In this document: piece by piece, positions 1 through 7,380 of the stretch
Position numbering within the stretch: the stretch's first letter is position 1
How the letters are laid out: each line of letters begins with the position of its first letter
Translations under genes and position numbers: made by a program
NCBI GenBank assembly: GCA_046757025.1
Contig: JBHHXN010000172.1
Span: 1 to 10,945, forward strand
Source: a bacterium
Lineage (GTDB): Bacteria; Zhuqueibacterota; Zhuqueibacteria; Oceanimicrobiales; Oceanimicrobiaceae
Direction: 5' to 3'
DNA: 10,945 nucleotides
Notes under the pieces: model-generated
The model's database searches: none
What the model was told of the DNA's origin: nothing
The model's input: the letters and a program-made list of their open reading frames with translations, nothing else

Positions 1-46
1 GGTTTGTTTAAACAGATCTATGCGTATCTCGTAATAAGCACTCCTG

Positions 47-136
47 GCTGTCATTGCGAGCGAAGCGAAGCCATCTCATCCATGCTAAGTTATTGATTTT
101 TAGAGATCGCGTCGTCACTTCGTTCCTCGCGATGAC
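47..136. repeat. REP-like palindromic element, GTCATTGCGAG...CTCGCRATGAC type, copy 1 (degenerate)
   Basis: Outer arms GTCATTGCGAG (50-60) and CTCGCGATGAC (126-136) pair with one G-T mismatch. Inner arms GAAGCCATCTC / GAGATCGCGTC are imperfect. GCTGTCATTGCGAG is shared exactly with the copy at 8521. Confidence 0.8.
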
Positions 137-154
137 ACGAAACTGGACTTTTCT

Positions 155-173
155 CGCAAGCAAGATGCTTGCG
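155..173. terminator. Short hairpin, possible intrinsic terminator or operator
   Basis: CGCAAGCA-AGA-TGCTTGCG: 8-bp perfect stem, 3-nt loop, followed on + by TTACATTTT. It lies about 130 nt past the C25 gene stop, but the T-rich tail is on the + strand. Confidence 0.3.
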
Positions 174-302
174 TTACATTTTCACACAGTCTTTGAAGCT
201 TGAACACCGATTCCAACCCCTTTGGGCATCGATGCAAGCGTAAATCGCACAACTTAGGTAAAATAAACCGGCCTATAAACTCCTGATTACCAGCTTCTCG
301 TC

Positions 303-3300
303 TCACCGCATCACCACAAACTTCTCCACCACTTCGATTTGCCGGTCGCCTTTGCGGGCGATGATTTTGTAGAGATAAACCCCGTTGCTCAACGCGTCCC
401 CGTCCTGGTCGCGGCCATCCCACGGAAAATGATTGAAGCCAACCCGAGCCGGTAAAAACCCCACGGTCTTGATCAAGCGGCCGGCGATGGTGTACAATTT
501 CATCCGCACTTCATCGGCTTCCTGAGTTAGAACGTAGGTAAATTCCGTGGCGTCCTGAAAAGGGTTGGGATAGTTCATAACCTCGGCGATGCCAAACTCC
601 GAGCTCACCAGAAAATGTACCTGAAAATACCGCAGGTTGCCGGCGGGATCTTTGGCGAGAACTTCGATCTGGTGCTCGCCTTCGGACAAGGTCGGCCGAA
701 AAACCGCCAGCGCTTTTAATTGTGCATCAGCCGGGTTTTGCTGCGGTATCAATTGCACCTGACCGGCCGCCAGACCATAGACCACCTTCACCTCGTCCAA
801 AAAAATCGTGACTTGCGCGGTGTCAGAAAATACAACTTGCCCGCGGTCTCGAATCTCCACTACGACTTCGGGATTGGCGGACACAAACTCGCCCTCGCCA
901 GCCCCTCGACCATCGAAGGTTACCCGAATTTCCGGAGCAGAGGTGTCTCTTGCTACCCAGATTTCAAAGCTGAATTGATTGTTGGTTTCGTGCAACTCTG
1001 GCAGCTCAGCGTTGGCGTCCACTTCAACGTTTACCGTCACCTTACCAGATAAATTTTGTGTGGACAGGGTCGTGTTGTATGCCTTAATTTCGTCAACCGC
1101 GATACCTGCCACCTTGAAGCGATTGAGCTCAAGCATCCCCGCTGGCGCACTTTGAGTAAACAGGCGAATGGCAAAACTATCTGCCGGGCTGAGACCAAAG
1201 TTTCCTACCTCCACGTTCAAATCAACCAGTTCGCCGACCGCAACCGTGTCCGCGCTCAAATTGATCGAGTCTTTGCCGATAACCAGATCCGGTGGCGGAT
1301 CATAGTCCACGGCCCAGCGATCCAACGCCGGCGTATTTAAACCCTCCTCCGAAAACAACACCGCCTGCAGTTGGATTGGCGGATAAACTTTTGCATCGAC
1401 TCCGCTCAGATCCACGTGCTGCACGCCAGTCAAGTTCGTTTGCAAACTATCCACTCGACCCGTGGCGGCGTTTTTACCCAATATATTGAATACCACTCGC
1501 GTATTGGGAGGATTCGCTGAGTATGAAAATTCTGCCGTATGCCACCTCTGCGCCGGCCCGATGGCGGGGGAAGTCATCCAGCCCATTTTTGAAAAGCGAA
1601 ACACCGTGTCCACCACGACCACGGCACCTTCGCCCGATTTTTTCATGGCTTCCGGCACGCTGCCGATGGCCGCGCCTTTGCGGCCGATGATGGCCCAGGA
1701 ATCCCGGAAACCTACCTGTCGGGTGAAAGCGCTGCCGATACTTTCCAGGGCTAAGTAGGCGTGTTCGGTCATGTTGGCGCTGCCCTCGTCTTTGATGGCG
1801 GACAAAACCACATGTCCCGCCGGGATGGAGTTCACGTACTGCGCCAGAGCTTCGGCCTGTTCCGGGCTTTTGAAGGTGTCAAAACTGCGGGTTGTGATCA
1901 ATCTGCCATCGCTGTCATCAAACTCCACAAGTAAATGTCCTCTGGCTACCTCACTGAAAATTTCATTGTTGCGTACCAGCAACACAAAACTGCCATCGGC
2001 GAAGCCAGCCGACTGTGCTTCGTAGATAATTTGATGCGGTGTTAAATTCACCGATCCGGGGGCGATTGCCGTCACATCCTGGAGGCGATTTTCAGCAAAT
2101 TGACCGCGAGCGGTTTGCAGCCACGCTTCACTTTGGTCAGTTTGGTAGGAATACGAAGCCTGCACCCAGGGTCCGTAATTGACGCCATCAAACGTTCGCG
2201 CGCGCCAGTAGTAGATGCCTGCAACGGGAAGCTTTGGCCGCCAGATTGTGACCAATCTGCCTTCCGGAATAGCTGTTGAACGCTGTAGTAATGGACTATC
2301 GAACGCGGCAACCGTATCTAATTCAAAATAATAGACGAGATTTTCACTCAAGCTGCGGGAATTATTGATCACCAGCTCCGGCGAAACCGTTCCCACAACA
2401 CCCAAATTTACCGGCTTGATGACGGTCAAATCGGAGCTAAAAACCAAAATGGCTTTGTCCGTTGAATTGTTGGATTCATCCTCTTCCTCGATGACTTGCT
2501 GCGGATCCACATCGAATTGCAATCGGTAAGCCCCCGGCTCAGTGGGCAACCGCCAGGTCAAGGACAGGGAGTCTTCCAGCCCAAACGGTTTCAGTTGCTC
2601 CTCAGCCAGCGGCAGGCTTTTTCCCTGCTCATCTAACAACCTGAGCTGAACACCCACACTATCCTGCGGCAGCAATCCCAGATTATGCAGTTTTGCGTTC
2701 AACGTGGATGTGGAATCGCTCACTAGCAGCAGCTCTTTTGTTAGTTTCAGATCTGCTGAGTTGACCGCCAGCTCCGGTTTTTCCGGCACCCGCAATTTCA
2801 TGGCCGGATCGCCGATGAGCGTGTACTGATCGATCACAAAGCGATTGCGCGGCTGGTCACCCAGTCTTTGCCAGAGGCGCCACTTGGCCAGTGTGGTAGC
2901 GGCGCCCGCGCTGCGAACGGTATCCTGCGCCACGGCCTCGTAAAGGCCGTCCAACAGAAAAAAATCCTGGGTGATGTACCCGAAACCGGTGGAGCCCCAG
3001 TAGGCGGAAGCGCCCATTTCGTGTAAAACAAATTCTTCGCTCAAACTGTTGATGGTGGGGTTGGCGAACCGCGCCGAGTGACAGGACATACCGGTCATAA
3101 ACGGAAAAGTCGTCTGATTCTGCCAATCCTCCGGGCCGCCGATATCGATATCCCAGACCGTGCTGCCGGCGTGGCCTAAAAAGTTCACCCACAGTACACC
3201 GGCATGAATCTTGTCTCTTAAAATCCGGCGTAAGCTTTGGGTGATGGCTTCGTTGGTCGTTTTATTGAACCTGAAAGCCCGACCGTGCAGCGGCGGCGTT

Positions 3301-6068
3301 TCGATGCGGCTGCTGATCAAATTGTTTGTCTGCGATAAAAAAATCGACTGTTCGGTGCTGTTGATTCCTCCGCTCAGAAACGCAAATTCCTTACTCCAGG
3401 AATCATACGGCAGGCTTTCGTAAGCGCGGATTTTCTCCACCACCGAGGCCGCCTGCTCAGTGTTTTCCACGGGAATGCGGCCCACGAACAAGTCGGGCAG
3501 AATATCCTCTGGGCCATCCAGGGTGGCATACCAGTTGTCCGCCACCAGCAGACCGTAGGAAGGCACGAAATTGATTTTGGTGGCTTCGGGCAAATGCTGT
3601 TTTGGATCCCAGGACGCGTCACCGAACAACACCACGTAACTCGGAGCGGGCTTTTGCCAGTTTGCATAAGCGTAGGCGATAAAATCCTTTATCGCCGTTG
3701 GACTCATGATGCCGGCGTTGAATTCGTCATAAACATCCTGCACCTCCACCACCGTACTACGAAAGCCGTTGAGCTCACTGCGATAGTTTGCCAGCTCCTG
3801 GGCTTCTTGCAAAAAATTTCTATGTGCAATGATGAGATAATCCGCGCCGTGGTTTTCGCTGCGCCAATGGCTGGTCTGCTCGGGTTCGATTTTCAAGACT
3901 TTTTTAAATCCGCTGGCCGAAGCTGCCAGGTAAAACGTGCTCGAAGATAGCGTGTCCTCGAAAGCGACGCGGTAGCGAGAAGCCAGTGCGCCTGTGAGGG
4001 TATCGACGACGCTTACGGGACCGGAAAATCTTCGGGACAGGGCTTCTTTCACACTCCCGATGCGGGCGCCCTTCCAGCCGATCATGGCCCAGGAATCCCG
4101 AAAGCCCACCTGGCGGGTCAGGGCGCTGCCTAGCGATTCCAGGGCCTGGTAAGCGCGCTCGGTCATGTTAGCCGAGCCTTCGTCGAAAATGCCCACCAGA
4201 ACCACGGTGCTGTCCGGCAATCCGTCGATGAAATCGGCCATGTCGTCGGCGCCGCTCCCCGAACCAAAGGTGTCGAAACTGCGGGCTTTGGTGACAGCGG
4301 AATCCGGATAAATCACTAACAGGTTGTGCCCGCGGCTCTGAAAAGTGAAATTTTCAAAATCCACCTGCATTTTCACAAAATTACCGTCATCCGTGCCCGC
4401 GGCATCCACCTGGTAGAACGAAGCGCGCTGGGCAGGCGGCTGCCACATTTTTTTCTGTGTTGGGTTTAAAACTAAAATCTCGTCGTCTGGAAAGTTCACC
4501 AGAGAAAAGGATTGGTGTGTGGCACGGTCGGAGCTGGGTACAAATTGCAACGCGCGGTTTTGCGCTGCGTGCAAACGCGGGTAGGCGAGCTCCAGCCAGT
4601 CCAGAAAGATCTGATTTAACTGCGCGCCGGTGTCCGGCACCAGATGCAGCTCGATGTGATTGCGGCCTTCTTTCAGCAGCGCAGTAGAAAAGGTCAATCG
4701 CCAGAGGAATTCATTCTGCTCATCGAAAAAAGCCTCGCCGATGAGCTGGTCGTTTACGGACAAGCGCACATGATGATCCGGATTCACCGGATCTTTGGTG
4801 GTGCCGTGCAAGCGCACGGTCAGCGAACAGAGCGGCGGCGCCGTGGTCAGCGCATTCACCTCGAAATCCATCACCTCTTTGTCGTCATCGAAAAAATAGC
4901 GCCAGATCCAGCCCTCGTCCGCGTCCCGGGCGCTGGACTTGTTGGATTGGTGCAATATGCGCTCCTGCTCCAGATGCAGCGTCTGCCAGTAGTGTTCCTC
5001 CGGACTTCCAGCCGGTTCGCTATTTTGCATCAACCGGTAGCGTTCGCCGGGCGCGCCATCGGCGGTGAGCCAGTACACGTTGGTGTCCGTGTAAAAATCA
5101 AAATACCTCTCCGTACCGCGGTGCCAATCGCCGTAAAAATACAGTCGGTTTGCGGGCGTAAAGCTGCCGTCCGTCGGTCCGCTAATCCACACGGGAATCT
5201 GCTGGCCTTGATTGTACATTTTGAGACGGCTCACTTCGAGCTGCGCCACGGGCACGCCGGCCTGCACCAGATCGTCGTAGCTCAGCTCGTACAGCCCCTC
5301 TTCTGAAACGAGGAGTTTGAAGTAGCGAAACTGCGGATTGTACCAGTCGTTGGTTTTTAGTTGAGATTTGACATTTTCGTCTTCCGTTGTATGGGTAACA
5401 CGCAACTGCGGCGCCAGCAAAAGACGCCGGCGGAGATCGTCGAACAGCGTGCCCTGCTCAGGTGAAACGGTTTTCAGGGGTTCGGCAAATGAAACACGTA
5501 TTTTCAAGGTGTGGTACACGCGCAGGATTTTATTCACAGGATGGTACTGCACGGGATTCACCTGTATGCGCCCGATAAGCTGTCCCCGCAGTCGGGCACG
5601 GTCGGTAAGCTCGACGATGTTGGCAGGCCAGAAGGCATTCGCCTGGTACACCGCGGTATCTAACTGGTAAGAAGCGCTGTGCTCGCCGCCCGGTGCTTCC
5701 AGCAGCGCGGGCACAGGAGCCAACAACACATCGGCGCGATCTTCAAACTCGCTTGCAAGCACCGCCACGCGCACCTGGCCGCTCTCCGGCAGGGGAATCA
5801 GAACGCCCGCAGCAGGCACCTGCGGATAGCCGGGCCGACTGTTCACACCGAAACCCGCAATGGCCATCTGCTGGTAAAGCTGGTCGCCGATCTTCAGGGG
5901 CGTCACTGCCAGCTCGAATGACTTGAGCTCAAAGATCAGGTGGTTGGAGGCCACTTCCAAAAGCTGAAACGTTTGCCACTCCGTTGGAGTTTTTCCAAAT
6001 AGTCGCGTGAGCGAACACAGAAAAAAAATCAGCACCCACCATCTAACTTTGCGCAATACCACTCTCAT
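303..6068 (-). CDS. Secreted C25-family (gingipain/PorU-like) cysteine peptidase, 1921 aa: signal peptide, C25 propeptide, ILEI/GG domain, C25 catalytic domain, CARDB, second ILEI/GG, CARDB, Ig-like domain, FlgD-Ig/T9SS-type C-terminal domain
   Basis: Basic then hydrophobic N-terminus (MRVVLRKVRWWVLIFFLCSL). Propeptide-like 'PGYPQVP...VNPVQYHPV..LRVYHTLKIRVSF'. PorU-like 'FYGD...YTDTNVYWLT'. C25 core motifs ADYLIIAH, VYDEFNAG, YVVLFGDAS, PDLFVGRIP, NFLGHAG (His966), GMSCHS (Cys996), YTLIGDPA. CARDB-like 'VDPQQVIEEEDESNN' and 'VDANAELPELHETNN'. C-terminal 'NYPNPF...WDGRDQDGDALSNGVYLYKI...KFVVMR'. Confidence 0.93.
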   Translation of the reverse strand: MRVVLRKVRWWVLIFFLCSLTRLFGKTPTEWQTFQLLEVASNHLIFELKSFELAVTPLKIGDQLYQQMAIAGFGVNSRPGYPQVPAAGVLIPLPESGQVRVAVLASEFEDRADVLLAPVPALLEAPGGEHSASYQLDTAVYQANAFWPANIVELTDRARLRGQLIGRIQVNPVQYHPVNKILRVYHTLKIRVSFAEPLKTVSPEQGTLFDDLRRRLLLAPQLRVTHTTEDENVKSQLKTNDWYNPQFRYFKLLVSEEGLYELSYDDLVQAGVPVAQLEVSRLKMYNQGQQIPVWISGPTDGSFTPANRLYFYGDWHRGTERYFDFYTDTNVYWLTADGAPGERYRLMQNSEPAGSPEEHYWQTLHLEQERILHQSNKSSARDADEGWIWRYFFDDDKEVMDFEVNALTTAPPLCSLTVRLHGTTKDPVNPDHHVRLSVNDQLIGEAFFDEQNEFLWRLTFSTALLKEGRNHIELHLVPDTGAQLNQIFLDWLELAYPRLHAAQNRALQFVPSSDRATHQSFSLVNFPDDEILVLNPTQKKMWQPPAQRASFYQVDAAGTDDGNFVKMQVDFENFTFQSRGHNLLVIYPDSAVTKARSFDTFGSGSGADDMADFIDGLPDSTVVLVGIFDEGSANMTERAYQALESLGSALTRQVGFRDSWAMIGWKGARIGSVKEALSRRFSGPVSVVDTLTGALASRYRVAFEDTLSSSTFYLAASASGFKKVLKIEPEQTSHWRSENHGADYLIIAHRNFLQEAQELANYRSELNGFRSTVVEVQDVYDEFNAGIMSPTAIKDFIAYAYANWQKPAPSYVVLFGDASWDPKQHLPEATKINFVPSYGLLVADNWYATLDGPEDILPDLFVGRIPVENTEQAASVVEKIRAYESLPYDSWSKEFAFLSGGINSTEQSIFLSQTNNLISSRIETPPLHGRAFRFNKTTNEAITQSLRRILRDKIHAGVLWVNFLGHAGSTVWDIDIGGPEDWQNQTTFPFMTGMSCHSARFANPTINSLSEEFVLHEMGASAYWGSTGFGYITQDFFLLDGLYEAVAQDTVRSAGAATTLAKWRLWQRLGDQPRNRFVIDQYTLIGDPAMKLRVPEKPELAVNSADLKLTKELLLVSDSTSTLNAKLHNLGLLPQDSVGVQLRLLDEQGKSLPLAEEQLKPFGLEDSLSLTWRLPTEPGAYRLQFDVDPQQVIEEEDESNNSTDKAILVFSSDLTVIKPVNLGVVGTVSPELVINNSRSLSENLVYYFELDTVAAFDSPLLQRSTAIPEGRLVTIWRPKLPVAGIYYWRARTFDGVNYGPWVQASYSYQTDQSEAWLQTARGQFAENRLQDVTAIAPGSVNLTPHQIIYEAQSAGFADGSFVLLVRNNEIFSEVARGHLLVEFDDSDGRLITTRSFDTFKSPEQAEALAQYVNSIPAGHVVLSAIKDEGSANMTEHAYLALESIGSAFTRQVGFRDSWAIIGRKGAAIGSVPEAMKKSGEGAVVVVDTVFRFSKMGWMTSPAIGPAQRWHTAEFSYSANPPNTRVVFNILGKNAATGRVDSLQTNLTGVQHVDLSGVDAKVYPPIQLQAVLFSEEGLNTPALDRWAVDYDPPPDLVIGKDSINLSADTVAVGELVDLNVEVGNFGLSPADSFAIRLFTQSAPAGMLELNRFKVAGIAVDEIKAYNTTLSTQNLSGKVTVNVEVDANAELPELHETNNQFSFEIWVARDTSAPEIRVTFDGRGAGEGEFVSANPEVVVEIRDRGQVVFSDTAQVTIFLDEVKVVYGLAAGQVQLIPQQNPADAQLKALAVFRPTLSEGEHQIEVLAKDPAGNLRYFQVHFLVSSEFGIAEVMNYPNPFQDATEFTYVLTQEADEVRMKLYTIAGRLIKTVGFLPARVGFNHFPWDGRDQDGDALSNGVYLYKIIARKGDRQIEVVEKFVVMR
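306..600 (-). other. C-terminal FlgD-Ig / T9SS type-A-like sorting domain within the C25 protein
   Basis: YPNPF, IYT-x-x-G-like 'LYTIAGRLIK', WDG, GVYLY and terminal K-hydrophobic 'KFVVMR' motifs. Confidence 0.8.
1600..2030 (-). other. ILEI/GG (FAM3/POMGnT1-stem-like) domain, copy 2, within the C25 protein (approximate bounds)
   Basis: RGHLLVEFDDSDG...RSFDTF...VVLSAIKDEGS...LESIGS...VGFRDSWAIIGRKG matches the RG / FDT / DE / LGS / RDSW-x-x-x-G-x-KG pattern of this fold. Confidence 0.85.
2795..3846 (-). other. Peptidase C25 catalytic domain (approximate bounds); His codon at 3171-3173, Cys codon at 3081-3083
   Basis: Runs from ADYLIIAH to YTLIGDPAMK. The GH and SC motifs are 30 residues apart, as expected for a clan CD His-Cys dyad. 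Confidence 0.9.
3996..4420 (-). other. ILEI/GG (FAM3/POMGnT1-stem-like) domain, copy 1, within the C25 protein (approximate bounds)
   Basis: RGHNLLVI...RSFDTF...VVLVGIFDEGS...LESLGS...VGFRDSWAMIGWKG. Its C-terminal half is 40/48 identical to copy 2. Confidence 0.85.
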
Positions 6069-6334
6069 CTATTATGATGATCAACGACATGTCTGAACGG
6101 CACAGGGTTTAACAACACGAAACTGAAAATTGAGAAAGAATTTGTGAGAGAGCACGGAGCCAACTCCTAGAAAAAAAGCCCTTTGTTAGCTGTTGATTAT
6201 ACCATTTCTTTAATTACGTTACCATACAGAAAATGACTCATTGGCTCCTTACAGAAAGCTCAGTGTTCTATCGGCCACTGAAAAGGTTGTATGGGATAAA
6301 TAGCGCAGTTAATAGTATGCCAAGAGATGCTCGA

Positions 6335-6613
6335 TCAAGCAGATTTCTTTTCGAGTCTTTTGGGTTGTTTTGCGGGAATCCCATATAACATACCCTCCGC
6401 ACTGATATCTTCATCGATATCAGGCCAATGAACACCTATCCCATCACCAATTATTTCAAAGTTGTTACGTTGTTCTGGGGTTGCTTCAGATAACCGCCAC
6501 GACCAAGCTAAAGGAACAATGATGGTTCGACCATCTTCAAGATGAGCTGTTATTGTTTCTTCAGTTACCTCCATGGTTTTAATGCGCGGATCTATGCTAA
6601 CCACAGTGCTCAT
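6335..6613 (-). CDS. DUF2442-family protein, putative antitoxin (DhiA-like)
   Basis: 92 aa with 'L-x-DGR-x-I-x-VPLAWSWRL-x-x-ATPEQR-x-NFEIIG-x-G-x-G-x-HWPDIDEDIS-x-x-G' signature. Overlaps the upstream DUF4160 gene by 17 bp. Confidence 0.88.
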   Translation of the reverse strand: MSTVVSIDPRIKTMEVTEETITAHLEDGRTIIVPLAWSWRLSEATPEQRNNFEIIGDGIGVHWPDIDEDISAEGMLYGIPAKQPKRLEKKSA

Positions 6614-6833
6614 GCCATGCCTCTCTTATTATGTCTATATTTGACTGAATTATCTTACGAATTTTATTTAGCTCTTTTGCTGAGAACCCATGGTTTTTTG
6701 CCAATGCAATAGATTCAATCCAAAACTTACAAGTCATATTTTCTCGACAAACATGAACGTGCAAAGGTTCGTTGCAGTTGAAACTAAAGAAAAAAAATCG
6801 TAAACCATTTGAAATCTGCTTAATAGTCGGCAT
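6597..6833 (-). CDS. DUF4160-family protein, putative toxin (DhiT/HicA-like fold)
   Basis: 78 aa with 'MPTI...G-x-RFFFFS...EP-x-HVHV...KFW...N-x-GFS-x-KEL-x-x-I...W-x-EH' signature. Sits in the canonical DUF4160-DUF2442 gene order. Confidence 0.88.
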   Translation of the reverse strand: MPTIKQISNGLRFFFFSFNCNEPLHVHVCRENMTCKFWIESIALAKNHGFSAKELNKIRKIIQSNIDIIREAWHEHCG

Positions 6834-6922
6834 GTATAGCTATCGCAAGTTTCAAATAAAGAACCAACTAACATTCCTGGCAAAATGACTTCTCGTAAAT
6901 CTAAATTACTTGTTTAACTTTA

Positions 6923-6953
6923 CAAATATAACAAAAACTGCAAAAGAAAGCAA
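6923..6953 (-). promoter_or_regulatory. Housekeeping-sigma promoter for the DUF4160-DUF2442 operon
   Basis: Minus strand reads TTGCTT-N17-TATATT with an extended -10 TG (TGtTATATT). The same bases also fit the Bacteroidota-type TTG-N20-TAnnTTTG pattern. About 90 nt upstream of the ATG at 6833. Confidence 0.6.
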
Positions 6954-6961
6954 CATGATAC

Positions 6962-7116
6962 TTAATACCTTAATTTTGCACCTATAAAAGTCAAACCCCG
7001 ATTTTCCTAATTGTTTGTGGAATATAAGTTTAATCTATTTGGTCTGAACAGACATGGAATTATCTTCTAAATTATCAAGAACTTCCGGATTCTATAGTGC
7101 AAAATCGGGGTGATAA
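6962..7116. repeat. Inverted-repeat-bounded segment, possible MITE or IS-end remnant
   Basis: ACCCCGATTTT (6995-7005) is the exact reverse complement of AAAATCGGGGT (7101-7111). A further degenerate left arm TTAATACCTTAATTTTGCACCTATA (6962-6986) resembles the reverse complement of 7093-7116 (TTATCACCCCGATTTTGCACTATA). Confidence 0.4.
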
Positions 7117-7296
7117 CTATTGCATATTGCTGGTTTACTGTTAACGAAAAGATACCTTTCCGGAATACAACTTTCTACCATTTTCAATATGATCATTTTT
7201 TGATCAGGATGCAACGATTATTCATTCAGGACGGCTGTGGGTGAATTAAAACGATTAATAATTCTTAAACATCTTAGTTGAAATTAAGATAGAGAA

Positions 7297-7358
7297 AAGC
7301 TTAAGACACCCCCCTTTGTCCCCCCTCGAGGGGGGAATTAGGGGAGTGTCTTCAACTT
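7297..7358. repeat. GC-rich long palindrome just downstream of the wecA-like gene (REP-like element or terminator/RNA-stabilising hairpin)
   Basis: Perfect 18-bp core TCCCCCCTCGAGGGGGGA (7319-7336), plus outer arms AAGACAC-x-CCCC (7303-7314) and GGGG-x-GTGTCTT (7341-7352). Starts about 23 nt after the stop codon. Confidence 0.65.
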
Positions 7359-7380
7359 GACACTAAAATTATTATACGCT

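Noticed and set aside
115..423. 102-aa minus-strand ORF overlapping the C25 3' end
   Set aside because: It overlaps the CTD in another frame, ends inside the REP-like palindrome and shows no recognisable domain.
720..5926. Many plus-strand and alternate-frame ORFs inside the C25 gene (e.g. 4644..5306, 220 aa)
   Set aside because: They are antisense or frame shadows of a GC-rich coding region with no recognisable motifs.
135..6125. 11-bp direct repeat ACACGAAACTG (135-145 and 6115-6125) flanking the C25 gene
   Set aside because: Several 11-mer matches are expected by chance in 11 kb, and there is no other sign that this gene is mobile.
6107..6191. Possible integron attC site (minus strand AGCTAAC ... 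GTTAAAC) downstream of the TA pair
   Set aside because: The R boxes pair only over TAAC/GTTA, there are no complementary L boxes or internal stem, and there is no integrase or second site.
6156..6281. Short inverted repeats GGAGCCAA/TTGGCTCC, AATGACTCATT and TCAGTG/CACTGA between the TA pair and the protease
   Set aside because: They are too short or too widely spaced to exceed chance, and none has a proper U-tail, so I cannot call a terminator, riboswitch or operator.
7094..7260. Possible pseudogene fragment in the AT-rich islet (MIILKMVESCIPERYLF...)
   Set aside because: Only about 34 codons, with no recognisable similarity or RBS.
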